Positions 1 through 8,088 of a stretch of DNA of 55,436 bases are shown piece after piece. The position numbers were made by a program, and so were the translations under genes. Each line of letters begins with the position of its first letter. The first letter of the stretch is position 1. Below the pieces are notes generated by a model, which was not told the DNA's origin, made no database searches, and saw only the letters and a list, made by a program, of their open reading frames with translations. The stretch comes from a virus (lineage: Duplodnaviria; Heunggongvirae; Uroviricota; Caudoviricetes), in IMG/VR virus record IMGVR_UViG_3300033153_012477, positions 1 to 55,436 of that record, one strand, 5' to 3'.

Positions 1-31
1 ATTTACTTAATATCTTTTTCTTCTGTTTCAT
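1..31 (-). CDS. Partial CDS (MKQKKKILSK...) running off the left edge
   Basis: ATG at 31 preceded by AGGA; open to the window edge. Confidence 0.4.
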   Translation of the reverse strand, partial: MKQKKKILSK

Positions 32-107
32 AAAAATTCCTGTGTAAAAATTAAAGTTAAACTAAAATTACAAACTAAGAACTTTCATAACAAACCTCTT
101 TTTATAT

Positions 108-193
108 TGGTGGGGATGGAGAGATTCGAACTCTCAAGCCAAACTAGGCACTGGTTTCTAAAACCAGCGTGTATACCATTCCACCACATCCCC
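108..193 (-). tRNA. tRNA-Leu(TAG)
   Basis: GGGGATG acceptor, CTGGT-TTTAGAA-ACCAG anticodon arm, long variable arm, GTTCGAATC, encoded CCA. Confidence 0.95.
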
Positions 194-198
194 AATTA

Positions 199-1392
199 TT
201 AACCTTTTAAAGTAGCAATAGGTCTTAGTTTATACTTAATAGAAACCAAATCTCTTTGTTCTTCCATAACAGTATCAATATTTTTATAAGCACCTGTTGC
301 TTCATCTAAATCTTTTTCAGTTCTAATGCTATGGATGATACCAAGATCTTCCATATGCTTTATTTCTTGGGCTAGGTCTAACTCTCTTTGAGCAGCTTTA
401 CGACCTAGTTTTCTACCCGCTCCATGAGAACAGGACATAAAGGAATCTCTATTACCTAAACCTTCTACAATATAAGAAGGTGTTCCTGGAGATCCAGGGA
501 TAATACCTAACTCTCCTGCAAAAGCTTTAGTAGCTCCTTTTCGATGAACATAAACATTCTTACCATAGTGTCTCTCTAAAGACGCATAGTTGTGATGTAT
601 ATTTATCATGTCATCATTACCAAACTTATCAAAAGAGACAGCTTTATCCTCATACTTAAGCATGCAGTTTTTCACCACTTCCATAGTCTCATACATCATC
701 TTCTGTCTGTTTTTAAAAGCAAAGTCTGTAGCATAAGTCATATCTTCAAAATAAGCTAAACCTTCCATAGTATCCATAGATAAAAAAGCTAACTCTTGCT
801 TATCGTCTACAGAAGAAAAATAAAGCTTATTTATCTCTCTAGCAATCTTGTTGTAATGATCGCATATCGACATACCAAATTTTCTACTCCCTGAATGAAG
901 CATAATCCATAAATTATTTTCTTCATCCCTTTGAAATTCCAAAAAATGATTTCCCGAACCTAAAGTTCCTAACTGATAACGAGCAGGATTTATAAGTGTC
1001 TTCAAAAAATCTGAGTGAGGAAGGTTTGGCATAGCTTCTTCTGCACAAGGATTTTTGTGATTTTTACCTACACCCATAGGAACAACTCTACGAGTAACCC
1101 CCATTATTTTTTTAAGAGTATCTTTAGGTATCTCATCCTTAAAAGATGTCTTCACAGCAGTCATACCACAACCTATATCAACTCCAACAGCATTAGGTAT
1201 AACGTAGTTATCACAAGCTATAACGCCTCCTATAGGCATACCATAACCTTGATGTACGTCGGGCATTAGAGCAACATGACCATGTATAAAAGGTAAAGCT
1301 GCTAAGTTTTTAGCTTGCTCTATAGCTCCTTCTTCTGGGTTATCACACCAACACTTAATTACTTTTTTTCCATCTTCTTTAAAATATTTCAT
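199..1392 (-). CDS. rtcB: RtcB RNA ligase (2',3'-cyclic phosphate/5'-OH), embedded in the tRNA operon
   Basis: MPDVHQGYGMPIGG, VGVDIGCG, GTLGSGNHF, HSGSR, HHNYA, HRKGAT, SHGAGR motifs. Confidence 0.96.
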   Translation of the reverse strand: MKYFKEDGKKVIKCWCDNPEEGAIEQAKNLAALPFIHGHVALMPDVHQGYGMPIGGVIACDNYVIPNAVGVDIGCGMTAVKTSFKDEIPKDTLKKIMGVTRRVVPMGVGKNHKNPCAEEAMPNLPHSDFLKTLINPARYQLGTLGSGNHFLEFQRDEENNLWIMLHSGSRKFGMSICDHYNKIAREINKLYFSSVDDKQELAFLSMDTMEGLAYFEDMTYATDFAFKNRQKMMYETMEVVKNCMLKYEDKAVSFDKFGNDDMINIHHNYASLERHYGKNVYVHRKGATKAFAGELGIIPGSPGTPSYIVEGLGNRDSFMSCSHGAGRKLGRKAAQRELDLAQEIKHMEDLGIIHSIRTEKDLDEATGAYKNIDTVMEEQRDLVSIKYKLRPIATLKG

Positions 1393-1415
1393 CTCTATCT
1401 CCTTGTCTAAAAAAT

Positions 1416-1503
1416 TGGCGGAAGCGGAGAGATTCGAACTCTCGGAGGTGTTACCCTCGGATCCTTAGCAAGGACCTGGTTTAGACCGCTCACCCACGCT
1501 TCC
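1416..1503 (-). tRNA. tRNA-Ser(GCT)
   Basis: GGAAGCG acceptor, CTTGCTAA loop region, long variable arm, CCA. Confidence 0.95.
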
Positions 1504-1512
1504 GTAAAAATA

Positions 1513-1589
1513 TGGGGAGAAGGACGGGAATTGAACCCGCAACAACCAGACCCACAATCTAGCGTTCTACCAATTGAACTACCTTCTCC
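1513..1589 (-). tRNA. tRNA-His(GTG)
   Basis: Encoded G-1:C73, CTAGA-TTGTGGG-TCTGG arm, CCA. Confidence 0.95.
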
Positions 1590-1594
1590 ATAAA

Positions 1595-1672
1595 TGGCTC
1601 TGGTGGCTGGATTCGAACCAGCGACCCCCTGATTAACAGTCAGAAGCTCTAAACCAACTGAGCTACACCAGA
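1595..1672 (-). tRNA. tRNA-Asn(GTT)
   Basis: U1-A72 acceptor, TCTGA-CTGTTAA-TCAGG arm, CCA. Confidence 0.95.
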
Positions 1673-1923
1673 ACAAAATCTTTTACACTTCTCCTATCAA
1701 TATTTTTGTAACGAGGTTTTTTACCACAGTTACGTTTCCACTTATTAGCCCTTCTAGGACCATAACCACATCTTCCCATGCAGACGATACAATCAACAGA
1801 ACCGTCTCTCTCAAACAGCCTAGCAATTTTGTAGGTTCTGTTATCAGTAGTATTCTTTACTTTACTCTTGCACTTTTTCAAGCCCCATTTATTGGGAGTG
1901 CTTCCTCTGTAGGCTTTGCTCAT
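1663..1923 (-). CDS. Small basic Cys-containing protein (86 aa) inside the tRNA operon
   Basis: GGAG RBS then ATG at 1923 (the track start at 2016 lies within tRNA-Gln); CxxCxxxC motif; TAG stop inside tRNA-Asn. Confidence 0.6.
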   Translation of the reverse strand: MSKAYRGSTPNKWGLKKCKSKVKNTTDNRTYKIARLFERDGSVDCIVCMGRCGYGPRRANKWKRNCGKKPRYKNIDRRSVKDFVLV

Positions 1924-1955
1924 ACTTATCTCCGAAGTTAACACTTCCTTATATT

Positions 1956-2030
1956 TGGCAGGGGTGGAAAGATTCGAACTTTCGGTACACAGAATCAAAA
2001 TCTGCTGCCTTACCACTTGGCTACACCCCT
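1956..2030 (-). tRNA. tRNA-Gln(TTG) copy 1
   Basis: AGGGGTG/CACCCCT acceptor, GCAGA-TTTTGAT-TCTGT arm, CCA. Confidence 0.93.
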
Positions 2031-2039
2031 ATAATTAGT

Positions 2040-2115
2040 TGGCAGGGACACTGGGATTCGAACCCAGATGGACGCTGTCAAAGAGCGTAATCCTAAACCG
2101 TTGGATGATGTCCCA
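2040..2115 (-). tRNA. tRNA-Gln(TTG) copy 2
   Basis: ACGCT-CTTTGAC-AGCGT arm, U1.U72 mismatch, CCA. Confidence 0.92.
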
Positions 2116-2131
2116 TCAATTTTCATACCCC

Positions 2132-2166
2132 AAAACGCAAAAAGCCCCAAAATTAATTTGGGGCTT
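2132..2166 (-). terminator. Intrinsic terminator (candidate attenuator) between the leader ORF and the first tRNA
   Basis: AAGCCCCAAA-N5-TTTGGGGCTT stem followed by a T-rich tail (TTTTTGCGTTTT). Confidence 0.8.
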
Positions 2167-2201
2167 CTATATTTGTTTAGTTAAATTTTAAGGTATTAGT
2201 A

Positions 2202-2279
2202 CTAAACAAACCTCCCCGACACAACTGTATTCAGTTGTTGACTTAAATTTAAATGGAGATTGCTCAATACTTTTTTCAT
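2202..2279 (-). CDS. Leader peptide MKKVLSNLHLNLSQQLNTVVSGRFV (25 aa)
   Basis: GAGGA RBS; codons 5-17 are all L/S/N/H/Q, matching the downstream tRNAs. Confidence 0.8.
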   Translation of the reverse strand: MKKVLSNLHLNLSQQLNTVVSGRFV

Positions 2280-2298
2280 TAATATTTCCTCTTGATAC

Positions 2299-2327
2299 AT
2301 ACTACCGCTATATTAGCAGATTATCAA
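2299..2327 (-). promoter_or_regulatory. Sigma70-like promoter of tRNA/rtcB operon
   Basis: TTGATA-17-TAGTAT. Confidence 0.7.
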
Positions 2328-2346
2328 GTAAAAAGATTATTTATTT

Positions 2347-3333
2347 TTAAGGAGCAAAAATCTTAGAAGACATACCTGTATCAGAAGCTGTCCAGTTAAG
2401 ATTCCATAAACCAGCTACATCTAAAGAGGTAGCTGAAGCATTCTCATCTATAACTACTTCACTGCAAGTCTGACCAACTTCTCCTACCAGATCTCTAACA
2501 CACCCAATGGTTTGTTTAGCATCCCCATCGGCAGTATTTTGAATAACAGTTGTGGATGTAGCACCAAGAGCTTCAGCCACACCGCTGAAGGTAGCCTTAG
2601 CATCTACTTCCTGAAAAACAACTGAAGTAATGTTAGTTGACCAGTTTCCTTTAGCTACTGTTCTGGTACCTCTGTAATCTCCTACTGTATTATTTTGAAA
2701 AGCAACAATATAGATAAAACTGAAAAAGTTTCCAGGCTCAGTCCTAAAAGAAGTAGAGAACCTCTCAGCATCATTTAAAACACCTGTATTAACCATATAA
2801 AAATCGGCATACATTTGATTAGCATCTTCATTGTCATAGAACATATTGATTGTTCTAGTGCTACCACCTTCTTTAAAAGAGAACCATCCTGCTTTTCTTG
2901 AACAATCAAACTCAACTGTCATTTCTTTAGAACCATCAATAGATATTTCTAATCTTTTTTGATAAGAGGTTCCTTCGTTTGGAAAACTTTGAGGCTTGAT
3001 TTTAAGACTAGTTCCAAGAACCAGACTTATATTAAAAATAGTTCCATCGCCATCATATGTTCCTGATAAAGTTCCAGTTGTGGGAATGGCTGCACAAGTA
3101 GCAACGCTGTTTTGAATGAGTATCTGATCTGAGATATCTAGATAGTCATTCACAAGACCAAGCATACCCCCAAGATGTACTCCTGGTTGTAGAGAATCTC
3201 TAGTAGCAGCATCTGGAAAACCTGCAATAAAAAAGTAAGTTCTTCTAACATGATCTCTCAAATTTTCAGGAGAGATAGCAAACGAATTAAAAGAAAACAA
3301 AATTACAAAAATAGATAGTATAAATTTTTTCAG
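2347..3333 (-). CDS. Secreted hypothetical protein
   Basis: Track ORF extends in frame to CTG at 3333, placed after AGGAGG, giving signal peptide MKKFILSIFVILFSFNSFA. Confidence 0.75.
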   Translation of the reverse strand: MKKFILSIFVILFSFNSFAISPENLRDHVRRTYFFIAGFPDAATRDSLQPGVHLGGMLGLVNDYLDISDQILIQNSVATCAAIPTTGTLSGTYDGDGTIFNISLVLGTSLKIKPQSFPNEGTSYQKRLEISIDGSKEMTVEFDCSRKAGWFSFKEGGSTRTINMFYDNEDANQMYADFYMVNTGVLNDAERFSTSFRTEPGNFFSFIYIVAFQNNTVGDYRGTRTVAKGNWSTNITSVVFQEVDAKATFSGVAEALGATSTTVIQNTADGDAKQTIGCVRDLVGEVGQTCSEVVIDENASATSLDVAGLWNLNWTASDTGMSSKIFAP

Positions 3334-3343
3334 GACAGTCCTC

Positions 3344-3502
3344 CTACTTCACACATTTCTGACCATCGCAGGTCATTTCTACTCTTGGAATAAGAGAAGT
3401 GTTTGGGTTAGGTTGAGGAGTAGTTTTACTCCCAAAAGTGTACACAAGCACTATAACAGCCACTACGACTATCACAGCTACAATCGTGGAAAGAGATTTC
3501 AT
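3344..3502 (-). CDS. Small membrane protein (52 aa)
   Basis: GGAGG RBS; MKSLSTIVAVIVVVAVIVLVYTFG... with C-terminal CDGQKC. Confidence 0.65.
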   Translation of the reverse strand: MKSLSTIVAVIVVVAVIVLVYTFGSKTTPQPNPNTSLIPRVEMTCDGQKCVK

Positions 3503-3572
3503 AAATCCTCCAGTTTAATATTATTAACAGACAATGTATTTTTATTATTCATAGATTATGACCTAAATTAAA

Positions 3573-3596
3573 GAGGGTTGATTTTACCCAACCCTC
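3573..3596 (-). terminator. Intrinsic terminator-like hairpin
   Basis: GAGGGTTG-N8-CAACCCTC followed by TTTAATTT. Confidence 0.55.
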
Positions 3597-3748
3597 CGAT
3601 AAGTCTTCTGTTTTTTAAGGATAAAACAGTTGTACTTCCTAAAAACCTGCTCTCCGCTTTTATGGGTAAAAGCACCTCGGCACAGAACCTAAAACCCCTG
3701 ACTCTAAACATTTAAAAGTACCGTTCCAGTCAAGTGGCTCCAGTCGCT

Positions 3749-3784
3749 TTATATAGGCTATATAGGTCTAGGGTTAATTGTCAA
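3749..3784 (-). promoter_or_regulatory. Sigma70-like promoter overlapped by a tandem CTRTAYAG motif
   Basis: TTGACA-18-TAGCCT; TTATATAG-G-CTATATAG. Confidence 0.55.
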
Positions 3785-3791
3785 ATTAATT

Positions 3792-4094
3792 TTAGATTTC
3801 TTCGCAGATAACGGTAGCATTTCTAATGAGGACTCTTTTGCCACCAATGTCAAAAGCCACCTGTCTTTCTGAAGGTTTGATATCAAAGTTGCCACGGTAT
3901 TGTTTAATCACCTTTCCCGATAAGGAATAGACAGTACAAGATCTAGTTAGACCCCCAAGCCACTCTGATTGAAAATCCTTAATCCCTCTCTTAGTAGATT
4001 CAGGAAAGAATAAGGGTACTGTGAAATATAGAAAAAAAGGGAGAATAATTAAGACAGTCCACTTTATCAATTTCTTTTTAGTTTCTTTTTTCAT
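3792..4094 (-). CDS. Membrane-anchored hypothetical protein
   Basis: ORF with N-terminal hydrophobic helix. Confidence 0.75.
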   Translation of the reverse strand: MKKETKKKLIKWTVLIILPFFLYFTVPLFFPESTKRGIKDFQSEWLGGLTRSCTVYSLSGKVIKQYRGNFDIKPSERQVAFDIGGKRVLIRNATVICEEI

Positions 4095-4113
4095 AATTAC
4101 TCTCCATATAAAA

Positions 4114-4548
4114 CTAAGCTTTACTTGGTATTTCCACTATCTCTTCAGCTTCTTCAACTGTATCAAAGATTTTAATGTCTCTAGGAATACCTTCCCAGAT
4201 ACCGTGCTTTGTGCAGTAAGCGTGAGCTACTAACCTAGCATCCTTTTCTAGTAGGACATTAAATGTCACAGAAGAATTAGCTTTCTTACCTTGACCCCCG
4301 TTTGCTCCTGCAAAATAAGTCATCTCAGCTAACTTCGTCTCTTTGTTATAAAGAGAAATAGTGCTGATGTAGTGATCTAGATCATCTGGGTGAGTATACT
4401 TATCTCCCACTTGAACAGTTACCTTAAAAGGTACTCCCTTAACTGCTTTTCCCTTACAGTTAACAAATGGGGAATGACGATCAATTAGATCTTTCTTGGC
4501 TTCTCTTTCAACTTCATCGATGTTTTCATACTTGTGAATCTTAGGCAT
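4114..4548 (-). CDS. Superoxide reductase-like (desulfoferrodoxin/class II SORL) protein
   Basis: HSP, HPDDLDHYI and HAYCTKHGIW metal-ligand motifs. Confidence 0.8.
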   Translation of the reverse strand: MPKIHKYENIDEVEREAKKDLIDRHSPFVNCKGKAVKGVPFKVTVQVGDKYTHPDDLDHYISTISLYNKETKLAEMTYFAGANGGQGKKANSSVTFNVLLEKDARLVAHAYCTKHGIWEGIPRDIKIFDTVEEAEEIVEIPSKA

Positions 4549-4791
4549 GCACCTTCTCCTTGTATTTAATGCTCATAAAATATTTAGTGTACACAGAATA
4601 AAAAAGGCAGCTCACACCCTCCATGTTATGAAGACTATAGAGTGCTGCTACCGAACTAAAAGTAAGCGGTGTTGCTTACTAAAAGTCTAACTGTCCTCTA
4701 CCTGAGACCATACATCTAATACCAACACCTGCTAGAGAGTGGGCACATCAGGTCCTCTAAAACAGAATTAGCATATAGCTAACCCCAAAGT

Positions 4792-5070
4792 CTACTCACA
4801 AATTAAACGATATTTTTTGCAGTCCATATAGCTACTGACATAGAAACTAGAGCCAATCATTCGGACGCTTGTACGTACACCTGACATAACAGAATCAAAA
4901 CAACCCATACTAGAAGTACCTGCGTAGTCTAACTGTAAATAACATCTAGAGGCTACATAAGCGGGTAGGTCTAAAAACTGTTGTTCTAAGGTAGTGACTC
5001 TTTCTTCAAGAGTTTGCTCTTGTGCAAAACAAGCACCTGAGAGCATTAGAAATAAGATAAGTGTTTTCAT
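4792..5070 (-). CDS. Secreted hypothetical protein
   Basis: Signal peptide MKTLILFLMLSGACFA; GGAG RBS. Confidence 0.7.
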   Translation of the reverse strand: MKTLILFLMLSGACFAQEQTLEERVTTLEQQFLDLPAYVASRCYLQLDYAGTSSMGCFDSVMSGVRTSVRMIGSSFYVSSYMDCKKYRLICE

Positions 5071-5112
5071 AAAATCTCCAAAATCCTTTTCGGACATAAA
5101 TTCGACTTAAAT

Positions 5113-5580
5113 TGGTGGAGCTGGGGGTAATCGAAACCCCGTCCGAAAGCTCTTCTTAGTCCTGATCTACGTGTGTAGTCTATTTCAACCTATAGACAGG
5201 CTGTGAGTTTTGGTTGTAGGTACACTGCCCGTATCACAACTTTATTTTGAGTCGCAGCTACCATTCGACTTGGGGGTGCTGTGACCTAAACCATAGCACC
5301 CTCCACCACTTACTTTTGAGAAAAGCAAGAAAACATGGGGAAAGTGTTATAACGCCCCTCCCACGTCTGCGGTCCTTCTCCTGTTTCTTGGCTAGGACAG
5401 CCTCATGGACTCAAAGCTATTAAGCTGCTAACCTTAGGCTAGGTGCTCTTTTCGCTCTGAATGCGTCCAAAGAAACTACATTTTCGTCAGTTACTTTTGT
5501 TTGAGTCTTTTAAAGAGTCCCGACTCACCTCTACACGCACAAAACTCGTCTGCTGCCCCCGTCGAAACCAGTGCAGCCCC
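5113..5580 (-). ncRNA. ssrA: tmRNA; tag (A)DENVVSLDAFRAKRAPSLRLAA at 5420-5488
   Basis: 5' GGGGCTGCACTGGTTTCGAC, 3' CAGCTCCACCA with G3.U70, T arm GGGGT-TTCGATT-ACCCC, tag ORF after AAAAGTAACT ending LAA-TAA-TAG. Confidence 0.95.
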
Positions 5581-5734
5581 ACAAAATTTTATAAATACAT
5601 CGTAGTCTATATAAGTCTAAAAAGTCAAAATATTTTTTTAAAAACTGGACCATAGGACTGACGTACTTATCATACGCTTACAAGCACCTGTCTAGCAGTG
5701 ACCCTACGTCTTACCCAGTAAAAAACAACCTATA

Positions 5735-5947
5735 TTAATCGATTATTCCTTTTTTATGCTCAACTATATCAAAAGCTTCTACAGTGTCTTTACCCATATC
5801 AAGAAGCTCTGCATAACGCACTCTCTTCCTACGACCCCAATTTCCCATAATAGGAGCACTCTCTACAGGAATAGGCTTGATCTTATCTTCACCATAAAGT
5901 TTCTTCATCTCTTCTTCAATACCGATATGTCCATTATCGATGTTCAT
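5735..5947 (-). CDS. Hypothetical protein
   Basis: AGGAG RBS, tight packing. Confidence 0.7.
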   Translation of the reverse strand: MNIDNGHIGIEEEMKKLYGEDKIKPIPVESAPIMGNWGRRKRVRYAELLDMGKDTVEAFDIVEHKKGIID

Positions 5948-5955
5948 AAACTCTC

Positions 5956-6390
5956 CTAGTTGTTTGTTCTCTCATGAGGATTTTTAAAAGTAATTACTCT
6001 AAATTTACCTTCGTATGTTATATAAGCTGGTAACTTAAGATTCTCTTTATCAAAAATAAGATGAGCACCGTCCCTGTGGGGAAGATCTAATCTATCAGCA
6101 TACTCTTTACTCACCCGAGTACTGCTTAAAGGTATAAAATCAATATGCTTCATCATATGCCTAATTACTAGCCCATAGTCCGCATAAGCATTGTAGTCGT
6201 CTACCCTATATCTAATCTCCATACGAGGGATGGGGAGATCCAGGTTCTCTTCTTCTGATAGCTGCCTGATCTGTCTCCAGTGCCAATCGTCACTATAAGA
6301 TTGATCTTCAAGCTTTTGTTCTAGTTTATTAATTTTATATTCTGCTTCGTTTAATGAATCGTGAAGTCTTTCTTCTAGTGTCATAGTCAT
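5956..6390 (-). CDS. Hypothetical protein
   Basis: ORF overlapping its neighbour by 4 nt. Confidence 0.75.
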   Translation of the reverse strand: MTMTLEERLHDSLNEAEYKINKLEQKLEDQSYSDDWHWRQIRQLSEEENLDLPIPRMEIRYRVDDYNAYADYGLVIRHMMKHIDFIPLSSTRVSKEYADRLDLPHRDGAHLIFDKENLKLPAYITYEGKFRVITFKNPHERTNN

Positions 6391-6581
6391 AATTTAACCC
6401 TCACCTTTTTTTCACAATTAGGGCACACAATGTAGTTGTAATAATCTTTATCACCAAGGTAATCAGAAGTGTAATCTTCTTTAACCTCTATAGGAACATA
6501 GGAAAGGGTAACCCCGCACTTATGACAGATATCTTCTTTTATGACTGACTTGTGCGGTTCTTTATTAACGATATGTACCAT
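6387..6581 (-). CDS. Small zinc-ribbon protein
   Basis: CHKC...CPNC. Confidence 0.75.
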   Translation of the reverse strand: MVHIVNKEPHKSVIKEDICHKCGVTLSYVPIEVKEDYTSDYLGDKDYYNYIVCPNCEKKVRVKL

Positions 6582-6582
6582 A

Positions 6583-6819
6583 TCAACTCCTTATAAACTT
6601 GATAGACTGAGGGGGATTTAAACAAGAATCACACACGTCGTCGGCTGTCTCGATATACCAGATCCTAGTAAGATTATCTCGACCCACTTCTCTAGTACAC
6701 CAAGAACAGTTATCTTCTTTTAGAGATAAGTGAAAATGTATAAAGAATTCTTTAATCTTCTTTAGGAAAGATATAAAAAACATTATAGTCTCCATTATCG
6801 CCAGAGGTATATCCATCAA
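6583..6819 (-). CDS. Small Cys-containing hypothetical protein (start uncertain)
   Basis: CSWC...CDSC; overlaps the upstream ORF. Confidence 0.55.
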   Translation of the reverse strand: MMDIPLAIMETIMFFISFLKKIKEFFIHFHLSLKEDNCSWCTREVGRDNLTRIWYIETADDVCDSCLNPPQSIKFIRS

Positions 6820-7234
6820 AGATAAGTTCCTTAAAAGAAGAAAGTTTTTCTAGCAACTTAGGTGCTTTCGTTTTTAAATGAAAAACAAAACCCTTATTAG
6901 GAGAAGTTTCTCCCACCTCTTTTATAAGAAATCCTAGACTTACCAAATGAGCAAAAAGTTCGTCTTGTAGAAGTCTCTCTTTAGATTTGAGACAGTATAA
7001 AACTAGATAGTCATCTTCAGCATTAAGAGTATAACCGTCATAAGCCAGCTCTCCGAAGTCCTGTAGCTTCTTTAATTTTTCTTCTACGCCCTCTTCTTTA
7101 GCAACTGTTATTTCAAAAGCAGTATCATCATTAATATTTTTACTACCCTCAACAGAAAGACTGAGAGAAGATAACTCTGCTATAAGACCATTAACGCTTT
7201 TTAAAAATCTTTGCCTAGCTTTAAACTTATTCAT
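6752..7234 (-). CDS. Hypothetical protein with internal duplication
   Basis: Repeated KL..F.EL..DGYT..D motif. Confidence 0.75.
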   Translation of the reverse strand: MNKFKARQRFLKSVNGLIAELSSLSLSVEGSKNINDDTAFEITVAKEEGVEEKLKKLQDFGELAYDGYTLNAEDDYLVLYCLKSKERLLQDELFAHLVSLGFLIKEVGETSPNKGFVFHLKTKAPKLLEKLSSFKELIFDGYTSGDNGDYNVFYIFPKED

Positions 7235-7791
7235 TACTTATCTCCTTCTAGTATATTTGGATCTTCTTGTTCCTTGTAATCTTTATAATCTTCACTCTCT
7301 GCTAAAACAGGCTCATTTGTATTGACCTCAGCCTTATATTCCTCTTGGCACCATTTTACCCAATCCCCATAAGGAATACGTTGGGGGAGGAAGTGGAGAG
7401 AATAGTCTCTAGCGGCACACGCTTCAGTATCCCTTAAAAGCAGTCCTTCCCAAACAATAGTATCTTCTTTATCAAAGACAGTTAAGTATTCACCACCTCT
7501 GAGAAAAACGCTCCATTCTAAAGACTTAAACTTAGTAAGAGGTCCATCCCATTTTTTTGTGTCATTGTTAAACTCAGGTGATTCGTGCCATCCTCTATCA
7601 TCGTGTAGATTAGAGGACATCCCCTCCATACCTGTTTCAAAATAGAATTCCAAAGTACCTTTGTAGGTGTGAGTATATTCTACTTCTATCTCGCCAGTTT
7701 TCTCATCAACAACTTTATAATTAGCAGCTTTAAGATCACGACCTAAAGACATTCTCTTCATTTCTTCTGGTTTTAGTTTCCAATTAATCAT
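7234..7791 (-). CDS. Hypothetical protein
   Basis: ORF in operon context. Confidence 0.75.
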   Translation of the reverse strand: MINWKLKPEEMKRMSLGRDLKAANYKVVDEKTGEIEVEYTHTYKGTLEFYFETGMEGMSSNLHDDRGWHESPEFNNDTKKWDGPLTKFKSLEWSVFLRGGEYLTVFDKEDTIVWEGLLLRDTEACAARDYSLHFLPQRIPYGDWVKWCQEEYKAEVNTNEPVLAESEDYKDYKEQEDPNILEGDK

Positions 7792-7798
7792 GTAGCCC

Positions 7799-8080
7799 TC
7801 ACACAGTGTGTTTTGAAGTTTTTATATGTTGAGTATACTGGGTTAACCTTTGTTTACTACTCTCTAGTAAGTCTACCCAGGATAGCTTGGTCATTATCTT
7901 AAAGTATCGTTTGTCTTCTAACACATCGATGAGATCACTGCGTCCATAAGGAACCATTCTTTCCTGATACCAATACTCATGTATGAAGTAGTCTCCCTCT
8001 TCTAAATGAGAGTGACCACATGAGAAGCAGGTACTAGAATAAAATCCTGCTGAATTAGAATCACACTTCTCACATTTCAC
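7799..8080 (-). CDS. Hypothetical protein with N-terminal CxxC...CxxC
   Basis: GGAG RBS, GTG start. Confidence 0.7.
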   Translation of the reverse strand: MKCEKCDSNSAGFYSSTCFSCGHSHLEEGDYFIHEYWYQERMVPYGRSDLIDVLEDKRYFKIMTKLSWVDLLESSKQRLTQYTQHIKTSKHTV

Positions 8081-8088
8081 AATAACTC

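Noticed and set aside
68-88. Mini-ORF MKVLSL after tRNA-Leu, with GAGG RBS
   Set aside because: Six codons, no structure, and the downstream context is outside the window.
1407-1676. 89-aa ORF on the minus strand
   Set aside because: It is the translation of the tRNA-Asn/His/Ser genes.
5461-5655. 64-aa plus-strand ORF
   Set aside because: Antisense to tmRNA.
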